This document shows, in pieces, positions 41,211 through 54,063 of a stretch of 64,000 nt of DNA. Within the stretch, counting starts at the first letter, position 1, and every line of letters begins with the position of its first letter. Location: positions 4,896,001-4,960,000 of the forward strand of contig CP086569.2 of assembly GCA_009914755.4 (NCBI GenBank), written 5' to 3'. The stretch comes from the human T2T-CHM13v2.0 reference genome, Homo sapiens. A model generated the notes under the pieces. It searched no databases and was not told the origin of the DNA. It saw nothing but the letters and a program-made list of their open reading frames with translations. The position numbers and the translations under genes are program-made.

Positions 41211-44200
41211 TTTAAATGTATTGTTGGATTAAGTTTGCTAGTATTTTATTGAGGATTTTTGCATCAATATTCATCAGAGGTATTGGCTTGTAGTTTTCTT
41301 TCTTCACATGTCTTTGCTTTTGGTATGAGAGTAATACTGGCCTCATAGAATGAATTTGGAAGTATTCCCTTCTGCTTTATTCTTTGGAGTAGTTTGAGTA
41401 GGATTGGCATTAGTTCTTCTATAAATGTTTGGTAGAATTCAACAGTGAAGCCATTGGGTCCCAGGCCTTTTTTTTTTTTTTCTAGAAACTTCATATTATT
41501 GTTTTGTTCTTATTACTTGTTAGTGGTCTTTTCAGGTTTTGGATTTCTGCGTGCTTCAATGTTTGTAGGTTGTATGTGTCTATGAATTAATTTGTTTCTT
41601 CTAGGTTTTCCTTTATAGACACAGAGTAGCTCATAATCCTTTAAATTAGTCCTTTAAATAATCCTTTAAATTACTGTGGTTTCAGTCATAATGTCTCCTT
41701 TTTCATCTCTGATTTTGTATATTTGTGTCTTCTCTCTTTCTTCTCAGTTTGCCTAAAAGTTTGTCAATTATGTCTTCAAAAAGCCAACTTTTCATTTCTT
41801 TGATCTTGTGTATCATTTCCTTATTTCAATTTCATTTATTTCTCCTCCAATCTTTATTATTTATTTTCTTCTACTAATGTTGAGTTTGGTTTGCTCTTGT
41901 TTTTCCAGTTTTTTAAGATGCATAGTTAGGTTATGTATTTGAAGTTTTTCTTTTTCTTTTTTTTTTTAAATGTAAGCACTTACAGCTATAAACTTTCCAC
42001 TTAGGAGTACTTTTGCTGTTCCCATAGGTTTTGATATGTTGTGTTTTTATTATCATTTGTTTTAAAACATCTTTCAATTTTCTTCTTAATTTCTTCATTG
42101 ACTCACTGGTAATTCAGCATTTTATTTAATTTCCCTGTGTTTGTATAGTTCCCAAATACCTCTTGTTATTGATTTCTAGGCTTATCAAATGGTGTTTTTA
42201 GAAGATGCTTGATATGATTTCAACTTTTTGGATGTTTAAAGACCCATTTTGTGACTTAAGGTATGGTCTATCCTTGAGAATGATCCATGTGCTGAAGAAA
42301 AGGATGCGTATTATGCAGCTGTTGGATGAAATGTTCTGTAAATATCTATTAGGTCCACTTGCTCTATAGTGCAGATTAAGTCAGATGTTTAATTTGCTGC
42401 CTGAAAGATCTGTCCAGTGCTAAAAGTGGGGTGCTGAAGTCTCCAGCTATTATTGTGTTGGGGTCTATTACTCTCTTTAACTCTAATATTTTTTATATAT
42501 ATTTGGGTGCTCCAGCATTGGGTGAATATTTATTTACTATTGTTATATCCTCTTTCTGAATTGACTACTTTATCATTATACTATAACCTTCTTTGTCTCT
42601 TTTTTCAGTTTTTGCCTTGAAATCCATTTTGTCTGATATCAGTATAGCTACTCCTGCTCTTTTTTGGTTTCCGTTGACACAGAATATCTTTTTTCATTTT
42701 GTAAATTTTCAGTCTGTGTGTACGTTTATAGATGAACTATGTTTATTGTAATCAACACATCATTGGGAATTGCTTTTTTTATCCATTCAGCTGTTTTATG
42801 CCTTTTGAATGGAGAGTTTAGTCTATTTATATTCAATGTAATTATTGATAAGTAAAGACTTACTCCTTCCTTTTTGTTATTGGTTTTCTGTTTGTTTTGT
42901 GGTCTTTTCTTCCTTTTCTTCATCCTTCCTGTCTTACTTTTACTGAAGGTGATTTTCTCTGGTGGCAAGATTTAATTTCTTGGTCTTTAATTTTTGTATA
43001 TCCATTTTAGTGTTGTTTTTTGAGATTACCATGAGGCTTGCAAATATCATCTTATAACCCATTATTTTAAGCTGATAACACCTTAACATTGTTTGCATAA
43101 ACAAACAAGCAAAAATAAAACTAATAAAAACTTTACACCTTAACTTTGTTTCCCTAGTTTTTAACTTTTTTGTTTCTGTTTATATCTTATTATACTGTCT
43201 TGTAATTATTATTTTTGAGTGGTTAATTGTTTAGACTTTCTACTTAGGATAACAGTAGTTTATACACCACAGTTACAGTGTTATATTATTCTGTGTTTTT
43301 CTGTGTGCTTACTGTCACCAGTGAGTTTTATACCTTAGGATGATTTCTTCCTGCTCATTAATGTCCTTTTCTTTCAGGTTGAAGCATTCCCTTTAGCATT
43401 TCTTGTAGCACGTATCTGGTGTTTATGAAATTCCTCAGCTTTTGTTTCTCTGGGAAAATATTTATTTCTCCTTCATGCTCCAGGGATATTTTTGCCAATT
43501 TTTGCTATTATCTGGTAAAAGTTTTTTCCTTCAGCACTTTAAATATGTCCTGACTATCTCTTCTGGCCTGTAAGGTTTCGACTGAAAAGTTTGCTGCCAG
43601 ATGTAATGGAGCTTTGTTGTATGTTATTTGTTTCTTCTCTCTTGCTGCTTTTAGGTTCTTTTCCTTAGAATTGACCTTTGGGAAGTTGATTATTAAATGC
43701 CTTGAGGTAGTCTTCTTTAGGTTAAATCTGCTTGGTGTTCTATAACTTTCTTGTACTTGAATGTTGATATCACTCTCTAGGTTTGAGAAATTTCCTGATA
43801 TTATCCATTTAAATATACTTTCTACCCCTATCTGTTTCTCTACCTCCTTTTGAAGGCCAATAACTCTTATATGTGCCCTTTCGAGGTTATTACCTAGATA
43901 GCAATAGCTTTCAAGTGTGCTTTATGCTTTCATATTCTTTTTTCTTTTATCTACGTTGACTTTTCAAATAGCCTGTCTTTACGTTCACTAATTATTTCTT
44001 CTGCTTGATTAATTCTGCTGTTAAAAGAGTCGATGCATTCTTTAGTATGCCAATTTCAATTTTCAACTCCATAATTTCTGCTTGATACTTTTAAATTATT
44101 GCTATCTCTTTGTAAGTTTATCTGATAGAATTCTAAATTCATACTCTGTGCTATCTTGAATCTCTTTGAGTTTTCTCAAAGCAGATATTTTGAATTATCT

Positions 44201-44397
44201 GTCTCAAAGGGCATATATCTCTGTTTCTTCAGGATTGATCTGTGATGTTTTATTTAGTTCCTTTGGTGAGAATATGTTTTCCTGGAGGTTACTGATGCTC
44301 GTAGATGTTTGTTTATGTCTGTGTATTGAGGAGTTAGGTGTTTATTGTACTCTTCACAGTCTGGGATTCTGTTTCCCATCTTTCTTCTGATGGTCTT

Positions 44398-44759
44398 TGA
44401 TATGGTTTGGCTTTGTCTCCACCAAAACCTCATCTTGAATTGTAACTCCTACAATTGCCACTTGTCATGGGAGGAACGCGGTGGGAGGTGATTGAATTAT
44501 GGGGGCAGGTCTTTCCTGCACTGTTCTCATGATTGTGAATAGTCTTACCAGATTCGATGGTTTTAAAAATGGGAGTTTGCCTGCACAATCTCTCTTCTCT
44601 TGTCTGCTGCCGTGTGAGATATGCCCTTCACCTTCCACCATGATTGTGAGGCCTCCCCAGCCTCGTGGAATTGTAAGTCCAATAAACCTCTTTCCTGTAT
44701 AAATTGTGCAGTCTTGGGTATGTCTTTATCATACCCAAGCATGAAAATGGACTAATACA
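44398..44759 (+). repeat. THE1-type 5' LTR (about 362 bp)
   Basis: See the parent THE1 feature. This is a direct repeat of 46759-47115. Confidence 0.8.
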
Positions 44760-45128
44760 GTAAATTGGAACCAGTAGAGAGGTGCGCTGCTGAAAAGATA
44801 CCCGAAAATGTGGAAGCAAGTTTGGAACTGGTTGGCAGAGGTTGGAACAGTTTGGAGGGCTCAGAAGAAGACAGGACAATTTGAGAAAGTTTGGAATTTC
44901 CTAGCGACTTGTTAAATGGCTTTGCCCAAGATTCTGATAGTGATAAGGACAATAAAGTCCAGGCTGACGTGGTCTCAGATGAAGATGAGGAACTTGTTGG
45001 GAACTGGAGCAAAGGTGATTCTTGTTATATTTTAGCAAAGGGACTGGAGGCATTTTGCCCATGCCCTAGAAATTTCTGAAACTTTGAACTTGAGAGATAT
45101 GATTTAGGGTATCTGGTAGAAGAGATTT

Positions 45129-46110
45129 ATTTTATTTTATTTCATTTTATTTTATTTTAAATTCTGGGATATATGTGCAGAAAATGCAGATTCATTACAT
45201 AGGTATACGTGTTTCATGGTGGTTTGCTGCACCTATCTACTCATCATCTAGGTTCTAAGCCTCGCATGCATTAGCTATTTGTCCTGATGCTGTCGCTCCC
45301 CTCACCCCCTACCTCCCAACCGGCCCCAGTGTGTGATGTTACCCTCCCTGTGTCCATGTGTTCTCATTGTTCAACTCCCACTTATGAGTGGGAACATGTG
45401 GTTTTTGGTTTTCGGTTCCTGTGTTAGTTTGCTGAGGATGTTGGCATCCAGCTTCATCCATGTCCCTGCAAAGGACAAGATCTCATTCCTTTTTACGGCT
45501 GCATAGTATTCCATGGTGTATATGTACCACATTTTCTTTATCCAGTCTATCACTGATGGGCATTTGGGTTGGTTCCATGTTTTTGCTATTGTAAATAGTG
45601 CTGCAATAAACATAGTGTGCATGTATCTTTATAGTAAAATGATTTATATTCCTTTGGGATTCCTTTGGTTGGTCAAATGGTATTTCTGGTCCTAGATCCT
45701 TGAAGAGTTGCCACACTATCTTCCACAATGGTTGAACTAATTTACATTCCCACCAACAGTGTCAAAGCATTCCTATTTGTTCACAGCCTCCAGCATCTAT
45801 TGTTTCTTGACTTTTTAATAATCATCATTCTGACTGGCATGAGATGGTATCTCATTGTGGTTTTGATTTGTATTTCTCTAATGATCAGTGATGTTGAGGT
45901 TTTTTTTTTGTATGTTTGTTGGCCACATAAATGTCTTCTTCTGAGAAGTGTCTGTTCATATCCTTTGCCCCCTTTTTGATGGGGTTGTTTGTGGGGTTTT
46001 TTTTTTTTTTTTTTTTTTTGTAACTTTGTGTGAGTTCCTTGTAGATTCTGGATATTAGACCTTTGTCCAGTGGGTAGATTGCAAAAATTTTCTCCTATTC
46101 TGTAGGTTGC
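45129..46110 (-). mobile_element. 5'-truncated L1PA 3' end (about 1 kb), antisense, nested in the THE1 internal region; 13-16 bp TSD with 2 mismatches
   Basis: Antisense tail 'attttattttatttcattttattttattttaaa', then 'ttctgggatatatgtgcagaaaatgcagattcattacataggtatacgtgtttcatggtggtttgctgcacc...ccctccctgtgtccatgtgttctcattgttcaactcccacttatgagtgggaacatgtggtttt...tccatggtgtatatgtaccacattttctttatccagtctatcactgatgggcatttgggttggttccatgtttttgctattgtaaatagtgctgcaataaacat...ctcctattctgtaggttgcctg'. Minus-strand ORF 45371..45622 is the ORF2 C-terminus ('[61 protein letters not shown]...F.LI.G'). The TSD is 'ctggtagaagagattt' (45113-45128) and 'ctggtggaagaaattt' (46111-46126). The restored join 'ggtatctggt.gaaga.atttctaagcagc' is continuous THE1 internal sequence. 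Confidence 0.85.
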
Positions 46111-46758
46111 CTGGTGGAAGAAATTTCTAAGCAGCAAATCATTCAAGATGTGACTTGGGTGCTGTTAAAGGCATTCAGTTTTATAAGGGAAGGAGAGCAT
46201 AAAAGTTCAGAAAATTCAGAGCCTGACAATGTAATGGAAAAGAAAATCTCATTTTCTGAGGAGAAATTCAAGCGGGCTGAAGAAATTTGCACAAGTAACA
46301 AGGAGCCCAATGTTAATCCCCAAGACAAAGGGGTCCAGGGCATGTTAGAGGTCTTCATGGCAGCCCCTCTAATCACAGGCTCAGAGGCCTAGGAGGATAA
46401 CATGGTTTTGTGGGCCAGGCTCAAGGTCCCCATGCTGTGTACAGCCCAGGGACTTGGTGCCCTAAGTCCCAGGAGCTCCAGCCATGGCTGAAAAGGGCCA
46501 ACATGGAACTCAGGCCATGGCTTCAGAGGGTGCAAGCCTCAAGCTTTGGCAGTATCCACGTGGTATAGAGCCTGCAATTGCACAGAAGTCAAGAATTGCG
46601 GTTTGGGAACCTCTGACTAGATTTCAGAGGATGTATGGAAATGCCTGGATGTCCAGGCAGAAGTTTGCTGCAGGGGCAGCGTTCTCAAGAAGAACCTCTG
46701 CCAGCACAGTTTGAAAGCAATGTGAGAACATGAGATTTGGGAAGGGCCAGGGGTGGAA

Positions 46759-47115
46759 TGATATGGTTTGGCTGAGTCCCCACCCAAACCTCATCTTGAA
46801 TTGTAACACCCACAATTGCCATGTGTCGTGGGAGGAACCCAGAGGGAGGTGATTGAAATGGGGACGGGTCTTTCCTATGCTGTTCTTGTGAAAGTGAATG
46901 AGTCTCAGGAGATCTGATGGTTTTAAAAATGAGAGTTTGCCTGCACAAGCTCTCTTCTCTTGTCTGCTGCCATGTGAGACTTGCCTTTCCCCTTCTGTTA
47001 TGATTATGAGGCCTCTCCAGCCACCTGGAACTGTAAATCCAATAAACCTCTTTCCTGTATAAGTTGCCCAGTCTTGGATAAATCTTTATCAGCAGTGTGA
47101 AAATGGACTAATACC
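46759..47115 (+). repeat. THE1-type 3' LTR (about 357 bp)
   Basis: Direct repeat of 44398-44759. By eye the two LTRs are about 85-88% identical, so this is an old integration. Confidence 0.8.
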
Positions 47116-49793
47116 ACTTTCCAGGTCCTAAAAGAGACTTGAACCCCAAGCCCAATACTACTGTCATCCATGGAGACTCATAGAAGCACTGCCTTCGTGG
47201 TCTTGTAAAAGATTTGGAAGAATTAAAGTTGGAGGCACCAACACTGTGACTGTGCTTGGGCAGACCTGAAACCAGCACAGCACTGGGTCTCACCCAAGGC
47301 CCACTGTAACCACTACCAGGCTCCTTTCTATGTTAACTCAAGGCCCTAGGGCTCTACAATCAGCAGGTGGGAAATCCAGCCATGTTTGTGACCTCTTCTT
47401 CAGGGCAGCAAGTTTTCCAGGCCCTGTGCAGGTCCAGAGATGCTATCTGGGAACTAAGAATTAGAGTCAAATACCTTAAAAATCTACCTGGTATTCTATT
47501 GTACTATGGCTAAGCTGGTTCTTGAACCACAAGACAAAGTCCTTCTCCTCTTCTCTCCCCTTTTCACAGGCAGAGGAGCCTCTCCCAGTGGACACCACCA
47601 CCACCAGCCCACAGGGATTTCTGCCAGGCCACTGCTAATGTTCACTTAAAGCCCAAGGGCTGCTCAGTCAGCTTGTGGTAAATGCTGCCAGGCCTGGGAC
47701 TCACCCTTCAGGGAAGTGGGCTCCCCTCTGGCCCAGGGCACGTTCATAAATGTTATCCAAGAGGCTAGGCCTGGACTTAGGGACCCCAAGAGCCTGCTTT
47801 ATGCTGTACCCCACTGTGGCTAAGCTGATACCTAAGGTGTAAGAAAAGTTCCCTTTGCTTTTCCCTCTGCTTTTCTGAAGCAGTAGGAGTCTTTCATCAC
47901 AGCCACCACAGCTGGGAATGTGCTGGGTGTCACCTGAAGCCAGCATGTCTCACAATCTCACTGAAGTCCCACCATGTACTATCTGGTTATCACTGATGGT
48001 TACTCAGAGCCTATTGAATTATGCCACAATTGTGTCCTTCCCTTCAAATCAGCAGATTACTTTCTGGCCCAGGGTATGTCTAGCATGTCATCCAACATCC
48101 AGGGCCTAGAAATAGGGACCTCACAACTCTGCCTAGTGCCCTATCCTATTTTGGCTGAGCTGGTATCCAAGATGCAAGGCAAAGTCCTCTTTACTCTTTG
48201 CTCTCCTCTCCTCAAGCACTGCCTGGGGCTGGGGGGATTGGAGGGGGAAGTTGACACAAGCACTCCCTTAGTTTCCCCGGTTGATGTCTCCCTAGGTCAC
48301 ATGTTGCTCTGGTCCCCTGGCTCTAGGCCCAGCCCAGCACTAGGACATGCTTAGGAATTTTAGTCTTTGTGCTTTTGACTGCCTTTCAAATTTACCCAGG
48401 ATCTCAGAGCGCTTTACCCCATGGTGGCAAGGCTTGATGAGAAACTCAAGTTCCAACCACTGGGATGGGGAATTCCCCTCTGGCTAGGGCTGGTCCAAAT
48501 GTTCATTCTGTGGGTGGGTGATGGCTGAGCCCAGCAAGACTTTGCTCACCACTGTGACAGGGCAGCACTGAGTCCAATGCCAAGTCCTCCAGTCGCTGTT
48601 GTTTCTCTCTCCCAAGTGCAAAGATTCTCTCCTTGCATACAGCCACTGCCAGCGATATGGGAGGGGTGACATCCATGATACACGACTGTCTTTCCTAGCC
48701 TTCTCAGTGCCTCTTTTGGTGATATGAAGTTAAAACCAAGTAATGTGATTGCTAACCTGATTTTTGACCTTATGACATTGCTTTTTTTGTGTGTGTAGTT
48801 AGTTGTTAGACTTTTATGTTCCTGTCAAGTGGACAATCAGTGGAGGCTTCTGGTTGGCCATTTTTCTCTGGGGTGGGACAGAGATTTTACCAAAGACTAA
48901 TTAATGCATTTTGAAAATTGGATAAATATTTCCTCATTCAATAGTTTCAGAATTTCATTATTAAGACAAAACTATTGCTACATGTTTTGAATGTTTTAGA
49001 AATTGCTGATTATGTTATTGATTATATCTAAAATCTCAATATATCTGCACATGAAAAAAAGAGAAATAATGCTACTTTTTTATTTACCTAAGACATAATA
49101 TTTTACATATTTATGGGATACTTGTGAGTATTTGTCACATGTATAGAATGAGTAATGATCAAGTCAGTGTATTTGAAGCATCCATCACCTTGACTATTTA
49201 TCATTTGTATGGGTTGGTAACATTTCATGTCCTCTTTTCCACCTACTTTGAATTATACAATATATTTTTACCAACTATAGTCACTTTAGAATGCTACTTA
49301 TTCTTAATTTTGCCACTCCTCCTTCAACAAAGTATAGAATTATGGTGACTTTTAAAACATTACGTTTTGAAAAGTATGCATATTCATATACTTGACTACA
49401 AATTATAAAACCTAATTAAAATTATTTTCTTATACAATCACCAAATCTATACTGTTCTGTATTGTATTGTTCTACGGTAAGAGAGTTTTTGTGTTTCAGT
49501 CTTGATACTTTGCTCACGATAATCCAATGCAAATCAGTACAACACAAACTGACTATTCAAACATGTAGTGTTTTGAAATCACAGCCCAAGATATATGCTT
49601 CTTCCTAAATTTTCACATTAAAAACGTCAATGTAAGGTGACATGTATTGGTAGTTAGATCAGAAAAGAAGTAAATAATTCTGAGTTCTATTCCTTGAACT
49701 TCTAATGATTTTAATACACCATGTATATGTTTAGCAGGTGCAAAAAAATGTATGAGTACCACACAAATATTACAGTTTAAAAAATAGCCTCTA

Positions 49794-50110
<317 letters not shown>

Positions 50111-50736
50111 TTATAGTGAGACATGGGATTATTGATAAATCAATTTTAATAAATAGTATAAAATCCTAAAACAACTAAAGTATCTAAATGTAATTTAACT
50201 TTTAATTACAGTATTATGTGATAAGAATACGAGTGTGAATATTTCCCATGCAATCCATTAAAATTTAATATTTTATTAAATTAAGAAACACCATAAATAG
50301 CTTGATATCTTAAAATATTATATTATTAAATTAAAATATATCATGAAAGATAATGTCACATTCTTCAGTGAACAATCAGAAATCCTTGTCTTGAATGAAT
50401 TATCAACTAAATATATTTACTTTTATTAAATACATGCATAAATGTTAATAGAAAATTAATCTGTGTTAAATGAATGTGTCTTTCTGAAGATTTCTGTACA
50501 TCATATTATATGGCTCAGATTAAGACACACACTTTACAAAATCTAGCATTTCTGAGTATAAAATCTTCTGACAAAATTTTTTTTCTTATGAGCACCTACC
50601 ATGTGATTTTAGAGTAACATACATGCATTAATTTTCTCTCAATGAACTACATTTAGCTATTTATTGGCTACTTCCAAATACACACAAATAATTATTTGAA
50701 TAAAGATTATAGCTCAGGAAGCTATAAAGTTGTTGC

Positions 50737-51045
50737 TTTTTTTTTTTTTTTTTTTTTTTTTTTGAGAGGGAGTCTTACTCTGTTGCCCAGGCTGGAGTGT
50801 AGTGGGGTGATCTCAGCTCATGCAACCTACACCTCCCGGGTTCAAGCGATTCTCTGCCTTGGCCTCCTGAGTAGCTGGGATTGCAGGCTCCCGCCCCCAC
50901 ACCCAGCTAATTTTTTTTGTATTTTTTAGTAAAGACGGGGTTTTGCCATCTTGGCCAGGCTGGTCTTGAACTCCTGACCTCGTCATCCACCCGCCTCAGC
51001 CTCCCAAAGTACTGGGATTACAGACGTGAGCCACCGCGCCCGGCC
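50737..51045 (-). mobile_element. Alu SINE (antisense); TSD at least 6 bp, 'gttgct'
   Basis: 27-nt poly-T, then 'gagagggagtcttactctgttgcccaggctggagtgtagtgg...ggattacagacgtgagccaccgcgcccggcc'. Flanks are 'aagttgttgc|ttt' / 'gttgctcatttttt'. Confidence 0.9.
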
Positions 51046-53766
51046 GTTGCTCATTTTTTAGGAACACATTTCTGTGATTTTCAGTTTATTATACCGTTGT
51101 AGGTAACCTAAAAATAGCTGTGCATTTTCGATATATTAGATATTTTTATGTTGTTATTGAAGGAAAAAAACCTAGCTTTCTACTTGAAAGAGATGATACT
51201 TGTTCATTAATATTTATGTGTTTTAAAAGTGAGGGAGAATATTTTTTCAAAAATTAAATATTGCCTCTTTTGGCATATTGGCACATAAGCAAGCCAGCAC
51301 TTAATAATACAAATAATTTCTTTAACATATTTTACTTTTCTTGACTTCATTTCAGTTGAAATTACATTGCAATTTCTGCAATTAGTGATCTTAGCTTTAC
51401 TGTTTTCCCTGTCAGTTCAATGAAGTAGTGATTGGACAAAATGTGGAGGATTGGGCTACAAAACATTTAATCTATGCATAACTGAAAGCCTAAAAGATCT
51501 CTAGCAGATTTCCTGGGTTGTTATCCCATAAGGCTCATAATTTCTAAAATACACCAAAGTTTATGTTTAGGAATACACATTTTTTACAAAATAAATACAC
51601 TGATATTCTCTTAGTCTTTCATCAAAGTACTAAATGATCTTTGCCTTTCTAACTTCCATGGGCCACTGGTCCTTGGTGATGGAGCCATGACCTGGAGCTA
51701 AAAAACAAAATGAACATATCCAGAAATATAATGTCTTGGCTGCTGTAACTTACAAGGAAATGTTCACTGTATGAAAAACAGCTTCACAGAAATACTAAGT
51801 TGTCAATTTATCAGTCAAAATTATGTGTAACCGCCAGTGTACGATCATATACAAATCCTAATATAAAATTTTAATTTGCCTTTAAATAGCTTGAATTTCA
51901 TTGACAAACATCCTACCACAGGCATAACTTTCTTGAAGTTTAAAATAGCAGCATTAATGTATTAATTATAATCTTGCATTTTTAGATGATTGATAGAGTT
52001 AAAAAGAGATATTCCAACTCATTTATAATCTTGCGAGGCTGAAATACTAAGTAAACTATTAGTTCAACTTGTCACTTTAATATAAGTACACTGTTGAAAT
52101 TCCTAAGGATATAGTCTAGCTGCTTGGCAATGGATTGCAGTGAAATTCATTGAGAGTTCATTGAACATGGAAAGGATGTAATTTATTTAAATCCTTCACT
52201 TATTAAATCAGGATTTGAATTTTTTTAATATTTTATTTTTTTCCAACTAATGAAATGGACTTGAAAAGAATTAGCAAAATCTTTGTAGAGTTGTGACAAA
52301 GTAATTCTGATGACTATGTTGTCTACTAAAGTTTTTACTGATAAGCGCTGAAGGCTGAATTGAGATGAATACATTCACTGTTGTTTAGAGGATTTGTTTT
52401 TATTTTGATTTGTTTTACAGAAAGATATTCAGTTTTAAATACCTTATAGAATAGTCTTGCCCATATCTCCCTTTCCATATAAATAATAAGATCGTATTCT
52501 TGCATATTTAATGAGCATATAGATTAACAAAAAGTTTACAAAGGAACTCCTGTGTTTCTTAATAAATAATCATATAAGTAACAGAAGGTAAAATTTTTCC
52601 ACAGCTTTATTAAATTGATTAGTAAGTACAGACTTTTGAAGCATAAAGTTTTAAATATGTAAAAATTTAGCTTCTGATTTTGTGTCTTTGTCTCTACCTC
52701 CCTCATACTTTTTGATTTCATGGGGTTTTTTGTTGTTGTTCTTTGCATTTAAGTTATGCATTTGCTCTCAGCCGTGCTTTCATCTATTCTTTTGAGATTT
52801 CAAATATTAAAACCTTAAGTGTGATCTTTGCAGGTGTATTGTCAAGATAAAATTCATGAATTCTCTCTAAGAGAAATGTCTTTAGACTTAGTAAAGGGTT
52901 ACTACTATAGTGTTTTCTGATTGATGCAAGTACTGTGGAGCTTAAAAGTCAAAATGGTAGATATGAAAATGAGTTTTTTGGGGAATACTTTATTTGCATC
53001 AAATAATGTGTAAGATATATTGGCACATCTGTATGATTATGTGTCCTCAGCCCTGTCATACCCATCATTTCTTTCACTGAATTACAGAAGGGATTCCTAA
53101 GGAGAAAACCACATAATTCCTAAGTTTGTAATTGGCAATTATAAGGAAAGACAAGCTTTAAATTAAATCTTGATAAAAACTGATCATGCTCTTTCTAAAA
53201 TGACAACATAGACTTTTTCTCTCCTCCTCTGCTCTAATAAATGAATTAGGCACAACTGTAGATTTCAAGACGTTCATGATGTTTTAGAAGCTTAGGGAGA
53301 TAGAAAGATCAATTACACCTGGTACCTGCCCTTAGGGAGCTTGTAGTCAAATTAGTGCAGATAAGAAACAAAGGCATATAATTATAAACTCAGGAAAAAA
53401 CTGATTCCAGAATGAAGATAAAGTCTGGACCACAGGATACCAGAGGAAGGAGAGATCTATTTAGACAGAAGGATTACAGTGCAGGTGGTTCTTAAGCAGG
53501 TTGTTGAAAGATCAAATTTAGATATGTGGGTCATCAGGAAAAAAAGGTGTTTCAGAAATAAGAACAGGACTATTAAAGGCACTAACACAGGAAATCTCTG
53601 GTGTACACTGATACAAATCAAATAGTTCAGTTTCATCGGGTTAATGTAGGAAACAGAGTTGTTACAAGGAAATTTGAAATGTTTGATTTGGATCTTGGAT
53701 GCCAGGTCAAAGAGTTCAGTTGACATTTACAATTTTGGGGATTGAGAGTCAGAACAACACTTTCAG

Positions 53767-54063
<297 letters not shown>

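Larger units (their letters stand above)
44398..47115 (+). mobile_element. THE1-family MaLR (ERVL-MaLR) LTR element: 5' LTR, partly deleted internal region carrying a nested L1PA, and 3' LTR
   Basis: Both LTRs start 'tgatatggtttggct.tgtc.ccacc.aaa.ctcatcttgaattgtaac..c.acaattgcca..tgt..tgggaggaac..g.gggaggtgattgaa.tgggg.c.ggtctttcc' and end '...ccaataaacctctttcctgtataa.ttg..cagtcttgg.ta..tctttatca...aaaatggactaatac'. The internal region 'gtaaattggaaccagtagagaggtgcgctgctgaaaagatacccgaaaatgtggaagcaagtttggaactggttggcagagg...' and '...ggaagaaatttctaagcagcaaatcattcaagatgtgacttgggtgctgttaaaggcattcagttttataagggaagg...gtttgggaacctctgactagatttcagaggatgtatggaaatgcctggatgtccaggcagaagtttgctgcaggggc' matches THE1/MST internal sequence from memory. 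A 4-5 bp TSD '(t)cttt' is possible. Confidence 0.8.
38440..48890 (-). mobile_element. Second old LINE-1 of the same family as 8514-16842 (L1PB/L1MA-type 3' UTR, long 5' UTR), antisense. L1 segments are 38440-44397 and 47116-48890. The 5' UTR is interrupted by a THE1 element that itself carries an L1PA
   Basis: Antisense 3' UTR 'ttaatttttgtgggtatatattaggtatatatatttatgaggtagatgagatactttgatacaggtgtgcaatgcataataattacatc'. Minus-strand ORF2 remnants include 39420..39677, 39822..40046, 40430..40627 and 40593..40841 ('[24 protein letters not shown]'). The 5' UTR 47116-48890 aligns with 15120-16800 of the first copy, for example 'ctgggtctcacccaaggcccactgtaaccactacc' versus 'ctgggtctcatttaagacccactataactactcc'. 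Overall the two copies are only about 80% alike. Confidence 0.8.

Noticed and set aside
46114-46714. ORFs of 92 and 76 aa within the THE1 internal region, possibly gag-like coding remnants
   Set aside because: MaLR internal regions are non-coding relics without recognisable gag/pol domains. These ORFs are short, have no recognisable motif, and sit in sequence that aligns to the THE1/MST internal consensus.
38408-48862. Apparent TSD 'ttctggttggSca' flanking the second old L1 (38410-38423 and 48848-48861)
   Set aside because: The right-hand copy lies inside sequence that still aligns to the 5' end of the first old L1 ('cttggtgtccttgctgggggg' versus 'cttctggttggccatttttctctggggtggg'). It is therefore internal L1 sequence and a coincidental match, not a target-site duplication.
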